DNA of 47,778 nucleotides, the filler included, from Catajapyx aquilonaris (taxonomy: Eukaryota): the NCBI GenBank assembly GCA_000934665.2. It is 2 parts of 2 records of this genome, joined end to end, with 100 filler letters (N's around TTAATTAATTAA, not from the genome) between each part and the next. Parts side by side here need not be neighbours in the genome. Positions count along the whole stretch, not along the records: positions 1 to 23,751 come from JYFJ02005630.1; 1 more part is not named here. One strand, written 5' to 3'. Shown in pieces: positions 1-11,289 of the stretch (the first letter of the stretch is position 1; each line of letters opens with the position of its first letter). Both the position numbers and the translations under genes were made by a program. The notes under the pieces were generated by a model that was given only the letters and a program-made list of their open reading frames with translations, did not search any database and was not told the origin of the DNA.

Positions 1-232
1 AATGTGCCGTAATTTATCGGGTAATGTCATTTTGATGCAACAGAGTGATGGAATGTATGTTTACAGGCATGGGCTAGCTAGTTATGATCAAAAATCCCAA
101 ATCCCAGACCAAGGCTAGTTCCCCATTATGTAAAATTAAATAAAAATCAAACTTCTCATAAAAAATATAATAACGGGTGCTATTTAAACCGAGCTAAATT
201 CTGTATTTCGGCCCATATATTGCAATTCTATA

Positions 233-477
233 GTGGGCGACACGGTGGCCGAGTGGTTAGCGCCGCAGCCTTCCACCTCTAAGGTCCTGAGCTCGATCCC
301 CGGGTCGGACGGAGGATACTTATGTGGATAGAGTTTCGATGGGTTCTCTCCGTGTTCGCGTGGGTTTTCTCGGGGTTCTCCCGTTTCCTCCCACTATCAA
401 AATCCATCACATTACAGGCAAATGATTATTCAAAAGATGATCCCCTAAGAGGCCCAAGGGGCCTATCACGGGGTATC

Positions 478-531
<54 letters not shown>
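233..531 (+). mobile_element. Full-length tRNA-derived SINE with V-domain-like core and (TTA)n tail
   Basis: A box TGGCCGAGTGG 246-256, B-box variant GCTCGATCCC 291-300. Core gttctctccgtgttcgcgtgggttttctcggggttctcccgtttcctcccac resembles the V-SINE domain. (TTA)n tail. Perfect 15-bp TSD tattgcaattctata at 218-232 and 532-546. Confidence 0.9.
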
Positions 532-535
<4 letters not shown>

Positions 536-944
536 GCAATTCTATAAAGTTGATTCAAATGACAGAGAGCCAGTCACCATACGCGGACATGATTAAGTCC
601 AGGAAAAATACAATAAATCTGGACAAGTCTCATCTGTCCATGAAACAACCTATAACTTGCTCTTATTAGAACAAGAAAGCCGGAAATGATTCCAAAAAGG
701 ATTCCCCCTGTCCCCCTCCAGGCGTTATCTGACCCAGCCGCCAGTGACACACAGGATATGGGATCGAGTTGGCGAAAGAACAATAACAGGCCATATCGCC
801 TGGGAGGGCAAGGTTAATTTCAATGTACTGTACTACTCAATGATTTTTCAAGGCCAGTGTCAGGAAGCGAACTTTCCCGCTACTGGACCAAACAGCCGAG
901 ACACCTACTTGATTACACTCATTGGGCTGTTGATTGATTTTGAT

Positions 945-1110
945 TGAGAGAGAGAGAGAGAAAAGGGGAGGATTCTGAGAAAACCATCACGAACATTGAG
1001 AGAACCCATCGACACTCTTTGGCTTTGAGAATCAGCTCTCCTATTCGGGGATCTAACGTGACACCTCGGAGGTGGAAGGTTGTGGCTATATAAGGGCCAC
1101 CATGCTGTCC
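945..1110 (-). mobile_element. Degenerate partial copy of the same SINE family, ending in a (GA)n tract
   Basis: Reverse complement reads ggacagcatggtggcc...ccttccacctccgaggt...gatcccc...tcgatgggttctctcaatgttcgtgatggttttctc, which aligns with 233-390. Confidence 0.75.
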
Positions 1111-1180
1111 TTGATGATGCTGAAGTGCGTACTTCCTTTCAGATTTAGGCTTTTTGTGAATATATTTACAAAACGGAATT

Positions 1181-1285
1181 AACCGAGGGGGTAACCACTT
1201 CGGTACTCCAGTGTATACACCTGCACTGGTACTCCCTGGTACTCCAGTGTACACTTTACAGTCAAGTGGTTACCCACTCGGAATT
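1181..1285. repeat. Small inverted-repeat element (MITE-like remnant)
   Basis: ccgagggggtaaccactt (1183-1200) pairs with aagtggttacccactcgg (1264-1281). Internal ggtactcc repeats. Confidence 0.5.
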
Positions 1286-1609
1286 ACCCCAGTTGATTCG
1301 GAAATTTTGAGGTCATTATGGAGATAATAGCTTGTTAAGTTTATAATAATTATACAAGCTGGCGATAAGGATCACCATGCATATTAGGCAACACTCCCAA
1401 CATTCATACTACATGTGTCGCCTGGCGTTCTGGATGATCTCTATTATTAGCCTGTATTATGGGCATTCAAAATTTAACGAGCGATTATTATTTCCGTAAC
1501 GAATCCGAAATTTACAATCAACTGTAGGGTAATGTTAGGGATTCTCAAGAAGCCTAAATCCGAGAGAGAAAAGGAGTACCTTGAGCACCACCCAGTATTC
1601 TGATAATTA

Positions 1610-1819
1610 TATGGTGTTTCAACTTTTTTGTCCCAACAGTTATCGGAAATATTACACTAAGCTGCTACTTTGTAAGCAGTGTATGCCACTTCAACCTAAG
1701 ATTCGCAGGGAATATTCCCCATTCCTCCGACAAACCGGTTGCAAGTCACTGCTTACAAAGTAGCAGCTTAATGCAATATTTCCGATAATTGTTGGGACAA
1801 AAAAAGTTTAAACACCCTG
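1610..1819. mobile_element. Tc1/mariner-type MITE (~210 bp)
   Basis: ~70-bp TIRs (ggtgtttcaacttttttgtcccaac... / ...gttgggacaaaaaaagtttaaacaccctg). Right end CACCCTG|TA; TA flanks on both sides. Confidence 0.8.
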
Positions 1820-2465
1820 TACACAGTGCAATATGTTCCAATTATTGTAGGGTCTGTATTGTTCAGAAATTTTTTCACTTAACTATTTATTTTAAGCAGC
1901 TTCTTTCTAGAAATTTTTAGGGAGTTATCAAAAGTATTAGCTGCTAGAATTAGGTAGAGTGGTTGCATCCTGCTTAATTCAATGGGTCTAGAGTCTAGAC
2001 TGCAAATAATTGGGTTCTACCAATGACCTTAGGTTTCTGGGATCCAAATGGGTCATTTTCAATGTCTTGGGGCCACTTGTATCCACGCAAGTTAGAGAAA
2101 ATCTCGGATGAGTTCGAGATATTCACAATTACAATACGTAATCAGATTTTCTCATTTATTTCAGCGATTAAACAGGCAAAATAGTGTCAGAAATTAACTT
2201 TCAGTTAATGGGCTGAATGGAAGCTTCAATGCAAGATAATACTTGCAACTAATATTTTGATAACCAATGAAAATAACTGTTCAAAAGCAACTGTTTAATA
2301 ATAAGCAACTGAGTGGAAAAGTTGTTAATAACTAAGAATATTTCAATTGGGACAACCAGAAAAAAATAAAAAACAATATGGCTAAGATCTTTGTATCATA
2401 TCACACCTGCACATATTGTAACATATTGGGTCTGATTTACGCAATACATCACAAACCTTTTCTAG

Positions 2466-2783
2466 GTACTGGGAATGGGTGTAAGCAGCGAGCGCATCAT
2501 CTTTGCCAACCCCACTAAGCAAGCCAGTCATATTCGCTATGCAGCGGAGCATCGTGTGTACATGATGACATATGACAATGAGGTTGAACTTCACAAGACA
2601 AGGGCGCTCTATCCAGAGGCTGAACTGGTGCTGCGACTACGTTGTGATGCTTCCAATGCACAATGTCCTCTTGGCATGAAATTTGGTGCAGAGAAACACC
2701 AGGTCCCTGGCCTCCTTGCCAAAGCCAAAGAATTAGGCTTGCAAGTAATTGGAATTTCTTTCCATGTGGGCTCAGGGTGCAAG
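2466..2783 (+). CDS. ODC1: Ornithine decarboxylase, internal coding exon (first visible)
   Basis: Follows acceptor ccttttctag and ends at AAG|gtgaga. Encodes VLGMGVSSERIIFANPTK...LVLRLR...MKFGA...GISFHVGSGCK, the motifs equivalent to ODC K115, R154, K169 and H197. Confidence 0.93.
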
Positions 2784-2849
2784 GTGAGAGAGCATGATTT
2801 TGATGATATTATTTTTATTTCTGACTCTAAGATCATCGTTTTTGAACAG

Positions 2850-3156
2850 GATCCACCAGTGTTCAAAGAAGCTATTGCATTGTCAAAATGGGCTTTTGAT
2901 GTGGCCAAAGGGCTAGGCATGCAGCTGCATTTATTGGACATAGGAGGTGGCTTTCCTGGCAACCATTCCAGCAGCCTGGAGCCCATAGCTGAAGTTGTCA
3001 ACTCCGCTCTCGATCAGTACTTTCCAGAAGGATGTGGGGTCCGTGTTATTTCTGAGCCAGGCCGCTTTTTTGTGGCTTCTGCCTTCACATTGGCCACCCA
3101 AGTACATTCAATCCGCCAAGTCAGCAACTCATCATGCATGTATTATGTGAACGATG
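2850..3156 (+). CDS. ODC1: Ornithine decarboxylase, internal coding exon
   Basis: Acceptor ttttgaacag|GAT and phase-1 donor G|gtaatt. Encodes DPPVF...LLDIGGGFPG...SEPGRFFVASAF...YYVNDG (glycine loop, E274/R277 equivalents). Confidence 0.93.
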
Positions 3157-3358
3157 GTAATTGATGTTCGTAATATAGGCATTCTTCAACTCCACCTCGT
3201 TTGCTTGGACACCCAGTAACAAGACAAGATAGTCCTTATCAGTACCAGTGAATGTGTAACTATGCAGTGGGGTGGAGCTGGCGCTTGCCAATAATGCTTA
3301 TACACATTGTAACTTTGCTTTGAAGTTTTTCCGGTTGTAACAAGCTGCCTAATTTTAG

Positions 3359-3822
3359 GTGTGTATGGAAGCTTCAACTGCCTCCTATATGACCATGCTG
3401 AAGTCCAACCTCTGCCACTGGAAGCAGAAGAGAATGCATCCCAGTGGCTGGAATGTTCGGTATGGGGTCCCACATGTGATGGGCTGGACTGCATCTCGCC
3501 ACGCACTAGGCTACCCCAGCTGAGCCTTGGAGATTGGATAATCTTCAAAGACATGGGCGCATATACAGTTGCAGCAGCAGGCACATTCAATGGATTTCCT
3601 GTACCTAAGGTTTATGATGTCATCAGTCGACGCATGTGGTTTCTCCTGAATGACTTGCTACTTGCCAGGGGACGAATCCTGGGAGCCGACTCGCTTCTGG
3701 TCAAGTCAGGAATGATTCTGCCAGGGACTAACATTAGATGTGCTGCCTTGGGGGTGGAACCAGCTGCCATTCTCATGGGCCCAGATATTGACCTATGTGA
3801 GGTCATTGGACCTGTCAGTTGA
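3359..3822 (+). CDS. ODC1: Ornithine decarboxylase, terminal coding exon
   Basis: Acceptor aattttag|GT completes the Gly codon. Encodes VYGSFNCLLYDH...WGPTCDGLD...MGAYT...FNGF; stop TGA at 3820-3822. The catalytic Cys360/Asp361 equivalent is intact, which favours active ODC over antizyme inhibitor. Confidence 0.92.
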
Positions 3823-4446
3823 GGGCGGTACATGCATAGCAAGAGCAGGGATCCAGGGTTTTAAATTTTTAAACATATTTAAACAAGTGATGTTGGTTGG
3901 TGCTAAATTATTCTGCTCTTGCCATTTTTTTGCCGCCTGCATCAGTGATTTTATTGTTCGTTTTCCTGCTTTGAAGAGATGTCTTGAGTAGATTTAATGC
4001 CAAATGAGTTGTGTGGTCACATGTTTTATCTTTGTTACCACAAGTCAGATTTATTCCTATGGCGCCACCATTGCTCAGGCATGCCTTATACTGTGGCTAG
4101 CAAGTGACCTTTTAATTTTTCAGTATACCTAATGTGTGTTCATAAGTTTTGACTTAACATTTTGCAGCAGATGACTGATGCAATCCTGTAAGCCAAGAAG
4201 TTTCAGGACATTGTAGTGGAATTTTTCTTCTTTTGTATTCTGCATTTTGTGATCATAATTCCTTGTGTGAATTATTTTTCTGTCATTTCAGACCACTGTG
4301 CACATGTCATGCCTCACAAAGTTTTAAATTGCAACAATGGCAGGCAAATTAATCAATGATCCCAGCATTCATTGTTGATTTTATTAATGGCATGCTATGT
4401 TGAGGTAAACGTCTTGTACTAAAACTGTAGATTAATTGAAGACAGA

Positions 4447-4452
4447 AATAAA
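4447..4452 (+). terminator. Candidate polyadenylation signal of ODC
   Basis: AATAAA about 625 nt after the stop codon, at the end of an AT-rich UTR-like tract and followed by T/GT-rich sequence. Confidence 0.45.
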
Positions 4453-4745
4453 TTTTATATGCTGTGGGAATTTATGAATTTATACTTTGTCATGTTAACT
4501 ATTTGAGTATAAACTTCTTGAGAAGCATGAAACTCAAAACTGGGTGAATATTACAACATCATATCAAGCAGCAGAGAGACCTACAATATACTGTACTTGC
4601 CAATTTAGCCCAAATTGCAATAGTGGGTACTGGACTTGTTATTGTCACCCTAAGAAGGCTCCATACACATATCATCGACATTAAGGAGAGAGGGCGAATA
4701 AACCACTTCATAAATTTTACAGGAGAAGTAAAAGTAGGTTGAAAT

Positions 4746-5987
4746 GATGACACAAAAACAAATTGAGACTGATTTTATATGTGACAAAGAGAATCAGTTA
4801 ATGACTCGTGGTAAATGGCATCATGTCCAGTATGGATTGAAGTATTAGAACACTGACTCTTGTTCAAATATTCAGAGATCTCAAGCGATGGTGACACCGG
4901 CAGTAGACCTAGGTTCTAATTTGCCTCCTCTCTGCCAGAGGTCGGCGGTGAGGAACAAAATTCGGAAAGTCTATCGTTTATCCGCACCTAGCGATGCGGC
5001 GGGGTTGGGAAGGCGTGGTGGGCTCCAAACATGTTGGCTACGGGTCGCAAACAATCGGTTGCCGGGAGAGCACAACAAAGGGGGTCTTGTTACCCCTGCC
5101 ACATGAACCGATCAGACGAGTGCTATTAATGAAGGAGGTGGGAAATATGAAAGCCATGACGGTTGCTGCAGTCCGTTAACCCAAAGAATGACACTTCGTC
5201 AAGCAACCATGAAGGCATTCGAATTTAGATGGCAGCAGTATCAAGGTGCCCGATTGTTTGCGACGCAACGTTGCCAACCGTAGGGAGGCCCCCCACCGCC
5301 CAACCCCGACCGCATTGTTAAGGTGCGGATAAACAATAGTTTATCCCAAAATTCAGCGTTTTGCTCCTATTTGAATAAAACTGCCATGAAGAGGTGTACG
5401 ACATACTAAGATTGTGAACAGCAGATACCGGTCACTATGTGAGGCCACAAGACGTTGCAACTCTTCGCAAACCTCCAATCCCAGGTGCCTCTCCTCTGGA
5501 GTCAACAGCTTGGGGTCCTATCACATCGGGTGCAAACTCATCGCATGTGCAAATGGTCAATAAAAAATCATGTGGACACGACCACTGGATGTACCACACA
5601 TTCTGGCAAGGTCATCAATGGTTATGCAGTGATCTTCTCGGACAATCACTGATGATCTCTGTCAGAACTCTGATGGGAGCGATGGGAGTCTGCAAACCTG
5701 GCTCTTGGATGTTGACTACGCACCCTTGCTGAATGCCTTGTACCATTGGAATGCTGTGGGACACATCTTCACCATCTCTTAGCATGTCATATGCTTCCGT
5801 CACTGTTGTCTTCAAATGGCAGCAAAACCTTGACGCTGAGTAGTGTCACCGTTGCGTGGGATCGTGGAATATTTGAACAAGGTTCTAATACTTCAATATA
5901 TTCTGGACACGATGCCATTCACCATGAGTCATTAACTAATTCTAGTTATCACATTAAAAATCAGTCAATTTGTTTTGATTGGTCCTC
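4746..5987. mobile_element. Non-autonomous DNA transposon with ~140-bp TIRs
   Basis: 4753-4897 is the diverged reverse complement of ~5843-5977. No recognisable transposase inside. Ends are approximate and no clean TSD was found. Confidence 0.7.
4950..5368. mobile_element. Nested MITE-like element with ~110-bp TIRs
   Basis: aggaacaaaa...gtttatccgcacc...gtcgcaaacaatcgg (4951-5058) is the inverted match of ccgattgtttgcgac...ggtgcggataaac...ttttgctcct (5249-5368). Confidence 0.65.
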
Positions 5988-6663
5988 GCATCCTCACAAA
6001 TCACAGCATCACTGTATGCACACTGTTCCACCTACACATTTGTCCTTTCACCAAAACCTGTAATGGGTGGTTTCACCTTAAAATACGCATTTTCGCCATT
6101 TTCTGAAAAATGTTATATTCGCCCTTTCTCCTTAATGCTGACGATATACAAGATGTGTGGGTAAAAGCCATCAGCACTTGGGCTAAGTTTCATGAGCAGG
6201 GAAAAAATGAGTGGGTCGATGTAAGAAGGCCACATCCCAATCCGTGTCCCACCCAACCAGTCTTCCAAGCTGATATTTCGCACTTAAATGTAAAAACACT
6301 TGAAATGCCTTCTGCTTTCATGATATGACTGTTAAAAATATAGCTTACATTGTTGATGTTACAGGGCCATTCCATGGCGCGGGGCCTTTATGGTAACTCT
6401 GCCACAGGGCCATTCCATGTCAAATGAGTGCCACGCATTGTCACATGTATCAAATTAATGAAGGTGACAGGCAAAATCTTGTGACATTGTATGTATTTTG
6501 GATAGGTGTCACAGGTAAACCACAAGTAAATGCTGAATAATGGCCAAAATCACTCTACACAACAACTCGATAATTATAACAAGCAGTGGAGATGGAATAA
6601 CTTACTAATACTGTGCAGTGGTATGACCTCTACATGAGTAGCAAGCCAGTGCAGTTTAAAATA

Positions 6664-6938
6664 CAGGGTGTTAATCCTAAGCGTGTCACCAGAAAAGGTG
6701 GTGGTAGAGGGCGCAGGTGTGAGCATTTTTGCATAAGGAACTAGGGGTCAGAAACGCACCCTCACCGAGTCACTCCGCCGCGTGCCGCACGCCTCTTGCA
6801 CACTGCCTGCCGCAAACACGAAAGGGGCGTAACTCAGTGAGGGTGCATTTCCGACCCCTAGTTCCTTATGCAAAAATACTCACACCTGCTCCCTCTACCA
6901 CCACCTTTTCTGGTGACACACTTAGGATTAACACCTTG
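6664..6938. mobile_element. Tc1/mariner-type MITE (275 bp, long TIRs)
   Basis: TA|CAGGGTGTTAATCCTAAG...CTTAGGATTAACACCTTG|TA. Near-perfect TIRs of about 110 bp. Confidence 0.9.
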
Positions 6939-7261
6939 TATATGAGAAATTGCTCCTAACATAAAATTATCTGAAACAATTTGCACAGTTGAAAAAATTC
7001 GGAAGCTTGGACCATGCACATTTTTGTGGTGCTAAGGCCACCTTATATTTTTGCACTCATAATGCCAATGATGTACTGCACCGTAACCTACTAATAATAA
7101 TAATCAACTATCTAGTAAAGGAGAGCTTTTTTTTTTTTTCATTTCATGGAGATGCAGACACGGATGGCATCTTGTGAAAAAAATTCTCAAATTTTGACCT
7201 GGAAAATTTGTATGCTGCTAAAAACACTTTCAAGTCTAGTTCAATGATGTACTGTACTATA

Positions 7262-7446
7262 CAGGGTGACTCTAAAGTTTGGAGACACAGGTAATTAGCT
7301 TGCATTGTTGGTCTCCAGTTGTGCCAACTAGCAGATTGTTGTCTGTTGACAGTCAGAAGTTGCCAGTTGGAGTTGGGACAACTGGCAACCAAAAATGTAA
7401 TCCAATTAGCAATGACCTCTGTATCCAGACTTGATGAGTTACCCTG
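7262..7446. mobile_element. Tc1/mariner-type MITE (185 bp, older)
   Basis: TA|CAGGGTGACTC...GAGTTACCCTG|TA, with degenerate inverted symmetry along most of its length. Confidence 0.75.
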
Positions 7447-7587
7447 TACAATGACATCCCGTTCAGTTTAAATGTATGGTGATTTTAAACACTATGACTA
7501 TGTCGATGCATGCTGCACTGTGTACAATACACAACATGAGAACTTCGCCAAGATGACGTTTTTGCAAGCGTTTCTGACTCGGTGCCG

Positions 7588-8100
7588 TTTTAGACTTTTT
7601 CTCATCACCAATAAAAATAAATAAAATAAATAAAAAAATTATAAAAAGTCTTACAAAAAGGCTCTGTCCGTCCGTCCGTCTGTCTGTTGACAGGTATCAG
7701 GGCCTCAACTGCAAGAGATAGCAGCAAACGGTTTTCGGATTCTGATTAACAGTGACCAAAACAGGTGTCATGGTCAACTTCCGGTGACCCGCCACTTCCG
7801 GTTTTCCGGGTTCATTCTATCCGCACAAGCCTACTTTACTGGCGGGTTATCGTTGGATTTCGAAATTACTTTTCGTGGATTTCTGACCATGTGTGTCGGG
7901 GACGACGGGGATTTACCCTGGGTTTTACCTGGCGTTTAGGAACAGGGGCTATATGTAATTAATTTCGGAAGTTGCACCGGTTTGCGGTGCAAGAAAGGAT
8001 GTAAGTCCTCGGCCGCCATGAGGTTACCCATAAAATTTCATACTTGAAGGAATAAGAAAAAGTCTACTCTAATAACGCTCACTTGATTTGCCAATCTTGT
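7588..8100 (+). mobile_element. Helentron-associated (HINE/DINE-1-like) non-autonomous element
   Basis: Subterminal IRs tagactttttctcat (7591-7605) and ataagaaaaagtcta (8052-8066). Nearby partial IR aaaaagtct (~7643), (GTCC/GTCT)n microsatellite at ~7665-7686, T-rich flanks. A clear 3' hairpin was not seen. Confidence 0.55.
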
Positions 8101-8109
8101 TTTTTTCTC

Positions 8110-8160
8110 ACATGCTTTCTCTCTGTGTTCGCATGGGTTTTCTCTGGTTTCTCACCATTA
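8110..8160 (+). mobile_element. Fragment of the V-like SINE core
   Basis: tttctctctgtgttcgcatgggttttctctggtttctc matches ~343-380. Confidence 0.5.
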
Positions 8161-11100
8161 AGCAAACCCCATCTTCCTCTCTCATTCGCTCGGTCGCTCG
8201 TATGACTCGGGGCCTCCTGTATAGTTAGGCCTAAACCAAACAACGGAGTACTCCATTACGTAGGCTACAGTACAGGGCATTATTTTGCTTTTTATTGTTT
8301 TATTAGGCCTTGTTTTATTAATTCCCGTGGTAACGGGCATAACTTACGGTATTTCTATGTTTTATGCAAGCGCGGGTGTTTCGCAGTGTCTTATGCGGTC
8401 TTATGGGATTCGATTGATTCAAATGTAGAGGTCCCTAGTTATCGTAGTTGGGGGTTTCTCTGTCAGGTTGGGTGGCAATCATCCTAAACCAATCAGGAGC
8501 AGGGGGCGGTCGTGATTGTTCCGTAGTGTAGGGGCGCACCCGGGCGCTCACTCCTTTTGAAAATCCATGACGTTGCATCAGAACTGATTTTTCGTAAGGT
8601 CTTCAGGTACGGTACGCAGTGTGAATTGTGGCCGGCAGCGAAAATATTTCCCGACCACAATAATGCTCATCCAAAATGCCCCCCGGGCCGCCCCCAAGCC
8701 CCAGGCCGGCCCCGACCCAACTCCACACCGCGGGCCACTACCTAATGCCGGATATAATGTCTCCGGACGAAATTGGCTCTGGTATGTTATACACTACTAA
8801 ATAAGCCACTTGGTGCCAACGATTTCCCACAACAGTCTGGTAGGTAGGCTAACTTACAGCATTTTCGATCACCCTGTATTATACAGAACTACATAAATGT
8901 CTGATTTGGTGGTAACTAAACAACGCAGTATATTTATAAGACATAAAACTTCAGAAACCGCCGCCATAGATCTTATTCCTCTTAGGATGAAAGAAGAGCA
9001 CGTTTTACGCCGTTACACCCGTTCCCCATTTTCTCCAAGCCAAAGCCTCCCAACTGTCCCAAGTAATATGACCCAGCAGCCAATCGTATCGAAGAGTGGG
9101 AATTAATCACTCAAGTGAAGCTATGAAAAGGCCTTCCCAAAGTCGACATTATGGTGCACGCCTGCACCTAACGATGCTATTCACGAATCAGAGCTCTCTC
9201 CATTGTTGAGGTTGGCGGTTGGTTGGTTTAGTGTCATGCCCATTAAGTCCTACAGTGTCAACAATAATCCCTTCACTACTGTACTTCACGAAGACATATC
9301 ATAATTCTTGACCCGAGTTGTTGAAATCAGTGTTTCTTCCTGGAGGTAAACGCTGGCAGGTAGGCCTACAGTGTTGTTAGAGCAGACGAATAACAGTCAG
9401 TGACGTCATACGCTCATACCATGGAATCCATGATGGAATCTATAATCACATACCGGTATGCTCGAAGTTTATCTTCAGTGATGTTCAGTTTCTCCTACAA
9501 CACTCTCCAGTCGTTTCTATGGCCTGAATGCCAGGCATTGCTATATACAATATCACAATGTGCAACAAGCATTAGTAATTTTTTGCTATTCTTATGCAAA
9601 TTGTATACATCTTGGTGATAACCTGGAGAGCCGCCCTATACGACGCATTCCATTGAAGTTACAATGGCTCCTTTTATAGATGACTGGAGGTGGTGGCGTG
9701 GTGCACCTGCTTGCTTCGCAGATTGAAGAAAATGGGTATGCTGCAATAGTTTGCTAAAATTTGTGTTATTTATTTGTGGCCTTTAATGGCTTAAGAATGG
9801 GAAACTTTTGGTGAGTCGGAAGAACCGTCGCGTCGCGTCGGAGGGACCAAATCTCCTATAGGCGTATGCGGCGGAAGAGTTATTGCGCATGGGAAGAGTA
9901 AGTTGATTGATTGATTGATAGGTTAGTGAATTCCCACATTGGCCTTGGTGCCCACAGTCGTGCCATTACAAGGAATGAATTGGCAAGTTCTGTAGAAGCC
10001 GAAAACAGAAATATTCATGTAAATAGTCTCCGAACATTTGCAAGATATTAGCTTCTAAAATATTCCATTAAAATGACAACACACATTCTATAATTTCTAT
10101 AAGAATATTATATTGCTGCGAGGATGGTTTCTCTGAAGGCTCAGTAAATTCCTGACCCGAAAACAACAAACATGTTTTTCTCGGTGACATCATTACAGGA
10201 CAAGAATTTCATTGTTCGCAGCATTGTTGCCCCCTCTCGGCATATTTCTAAGCACTGATAACTCATTAATTTCCGACGTGGAATATGAGTTTTGACAATA
10301 TTTTATGGAAGAGGAAAGAGGTTTACGCAGAAGGGAGTTTTAGTTGGGGTAATTTTGAGAAATAAAATGACACCGTAGGCCATAAATTTAAGAGGCAATT
10401 TTATGACTTAATTGTAGGCCTACTGCAATAATTATGAATATTCCAGTAGGCCTACATATTTGGAATCATACATTTTTTTTCCTCTTCCAGCGCCTTGGGT
10501 TCCGTCTGCACATGAGGACAACATATGTACTACCAGAACCCGGCTTGGATACCTGACATTAATTGGTGAAAATTCCCACAGTTATCGTGAAACTTGGGGC
10601 CTCTTGCCTTCAAGGTCACATCTCAAGTGATGCAACTTGAGATGTACCCCCGCGAGCATAATGATGGAGACGGCAGGCCCTTTTTTGACCTTTCTTTATC
10701 CGATTCTAATTAATGAACTCTTTTTGGACCGAGTTAGCTGCATCAGGCGTGTGTTCGTGACAGAATATTTGATACCGTAATAGCTGCAATTGGCAGAGCA
10801 GCCTGCAGAAAGTGAGGGCCAGCAGTCTCCATCTTTATGCTCGCGGGTGTACATATAATTATTTTTAAATCATGCCGAAGTAAGGCCGACATTCTTAGGC
10901 GGTCATATTAACTATGCAATATTGCGTAAGTTACTTCAAGCGGAAGTCATCCTTGTGGGCTGACTTGTGAGGGGGATATGGCACAGCTTCAATGGCTGAC
11001 TCTAGACTTTGCTTATCTCGATCCAGACATTCCCGCATATGGTATGGCATTGTATGAAGAAAGGATCTGAAAGTGTTGTGGCTCCACAACGCCGGACCGT

Positions 11101-11289
11101 TTTATCGCCAGCCAATCAGGCAGCCATCTTATATGCACAACACATTGCTATACTAGGAAGAATGCCTGTTATGGAAGGAATGAAGTTGTTATGGCCATTC
11201 CGAAGATAAAGCCACACTTGTCGGAATGACCCTGCTGGGAGTCAAGCATGCGGCTTGTCATGGTCATATTTTGTGCAGCATAGCCCCCC

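Noticed and set aside
233..310. Functional tRNA gene (also 45682-45755)
   Set aside because: No proper acceptor stem or CCA-end context; each is followed by a SINE body, tail and TSD.
322..669. Poly-Tyr ORF, and the poly-Ile/Leu ORFs at 14366-14789
   Set aside because: Translations of (TTA)n microsatellites. Only the part after 14499 is real LINE-derived coding sequence.
2466..3822. Antizyme inhibitor instead of ODC
   Set aside because: All visible catalytic motifs, including HVGSG, EPGR and GPTCDGLD, are intact. The Lys69 region is outside the window and so unverified.
2609..3842. Minus-strand ORFs overlapping ODC
   Set aside because: Antisense shadows of the ODC exons with no recognisable motifs.
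9340..10940. Possible exons suggested by splice-like signals (donor ~9897, acceptor ~10490)
   Set aside because: No consistent open frame or recognisable product. Cannot be supported without transcript data.
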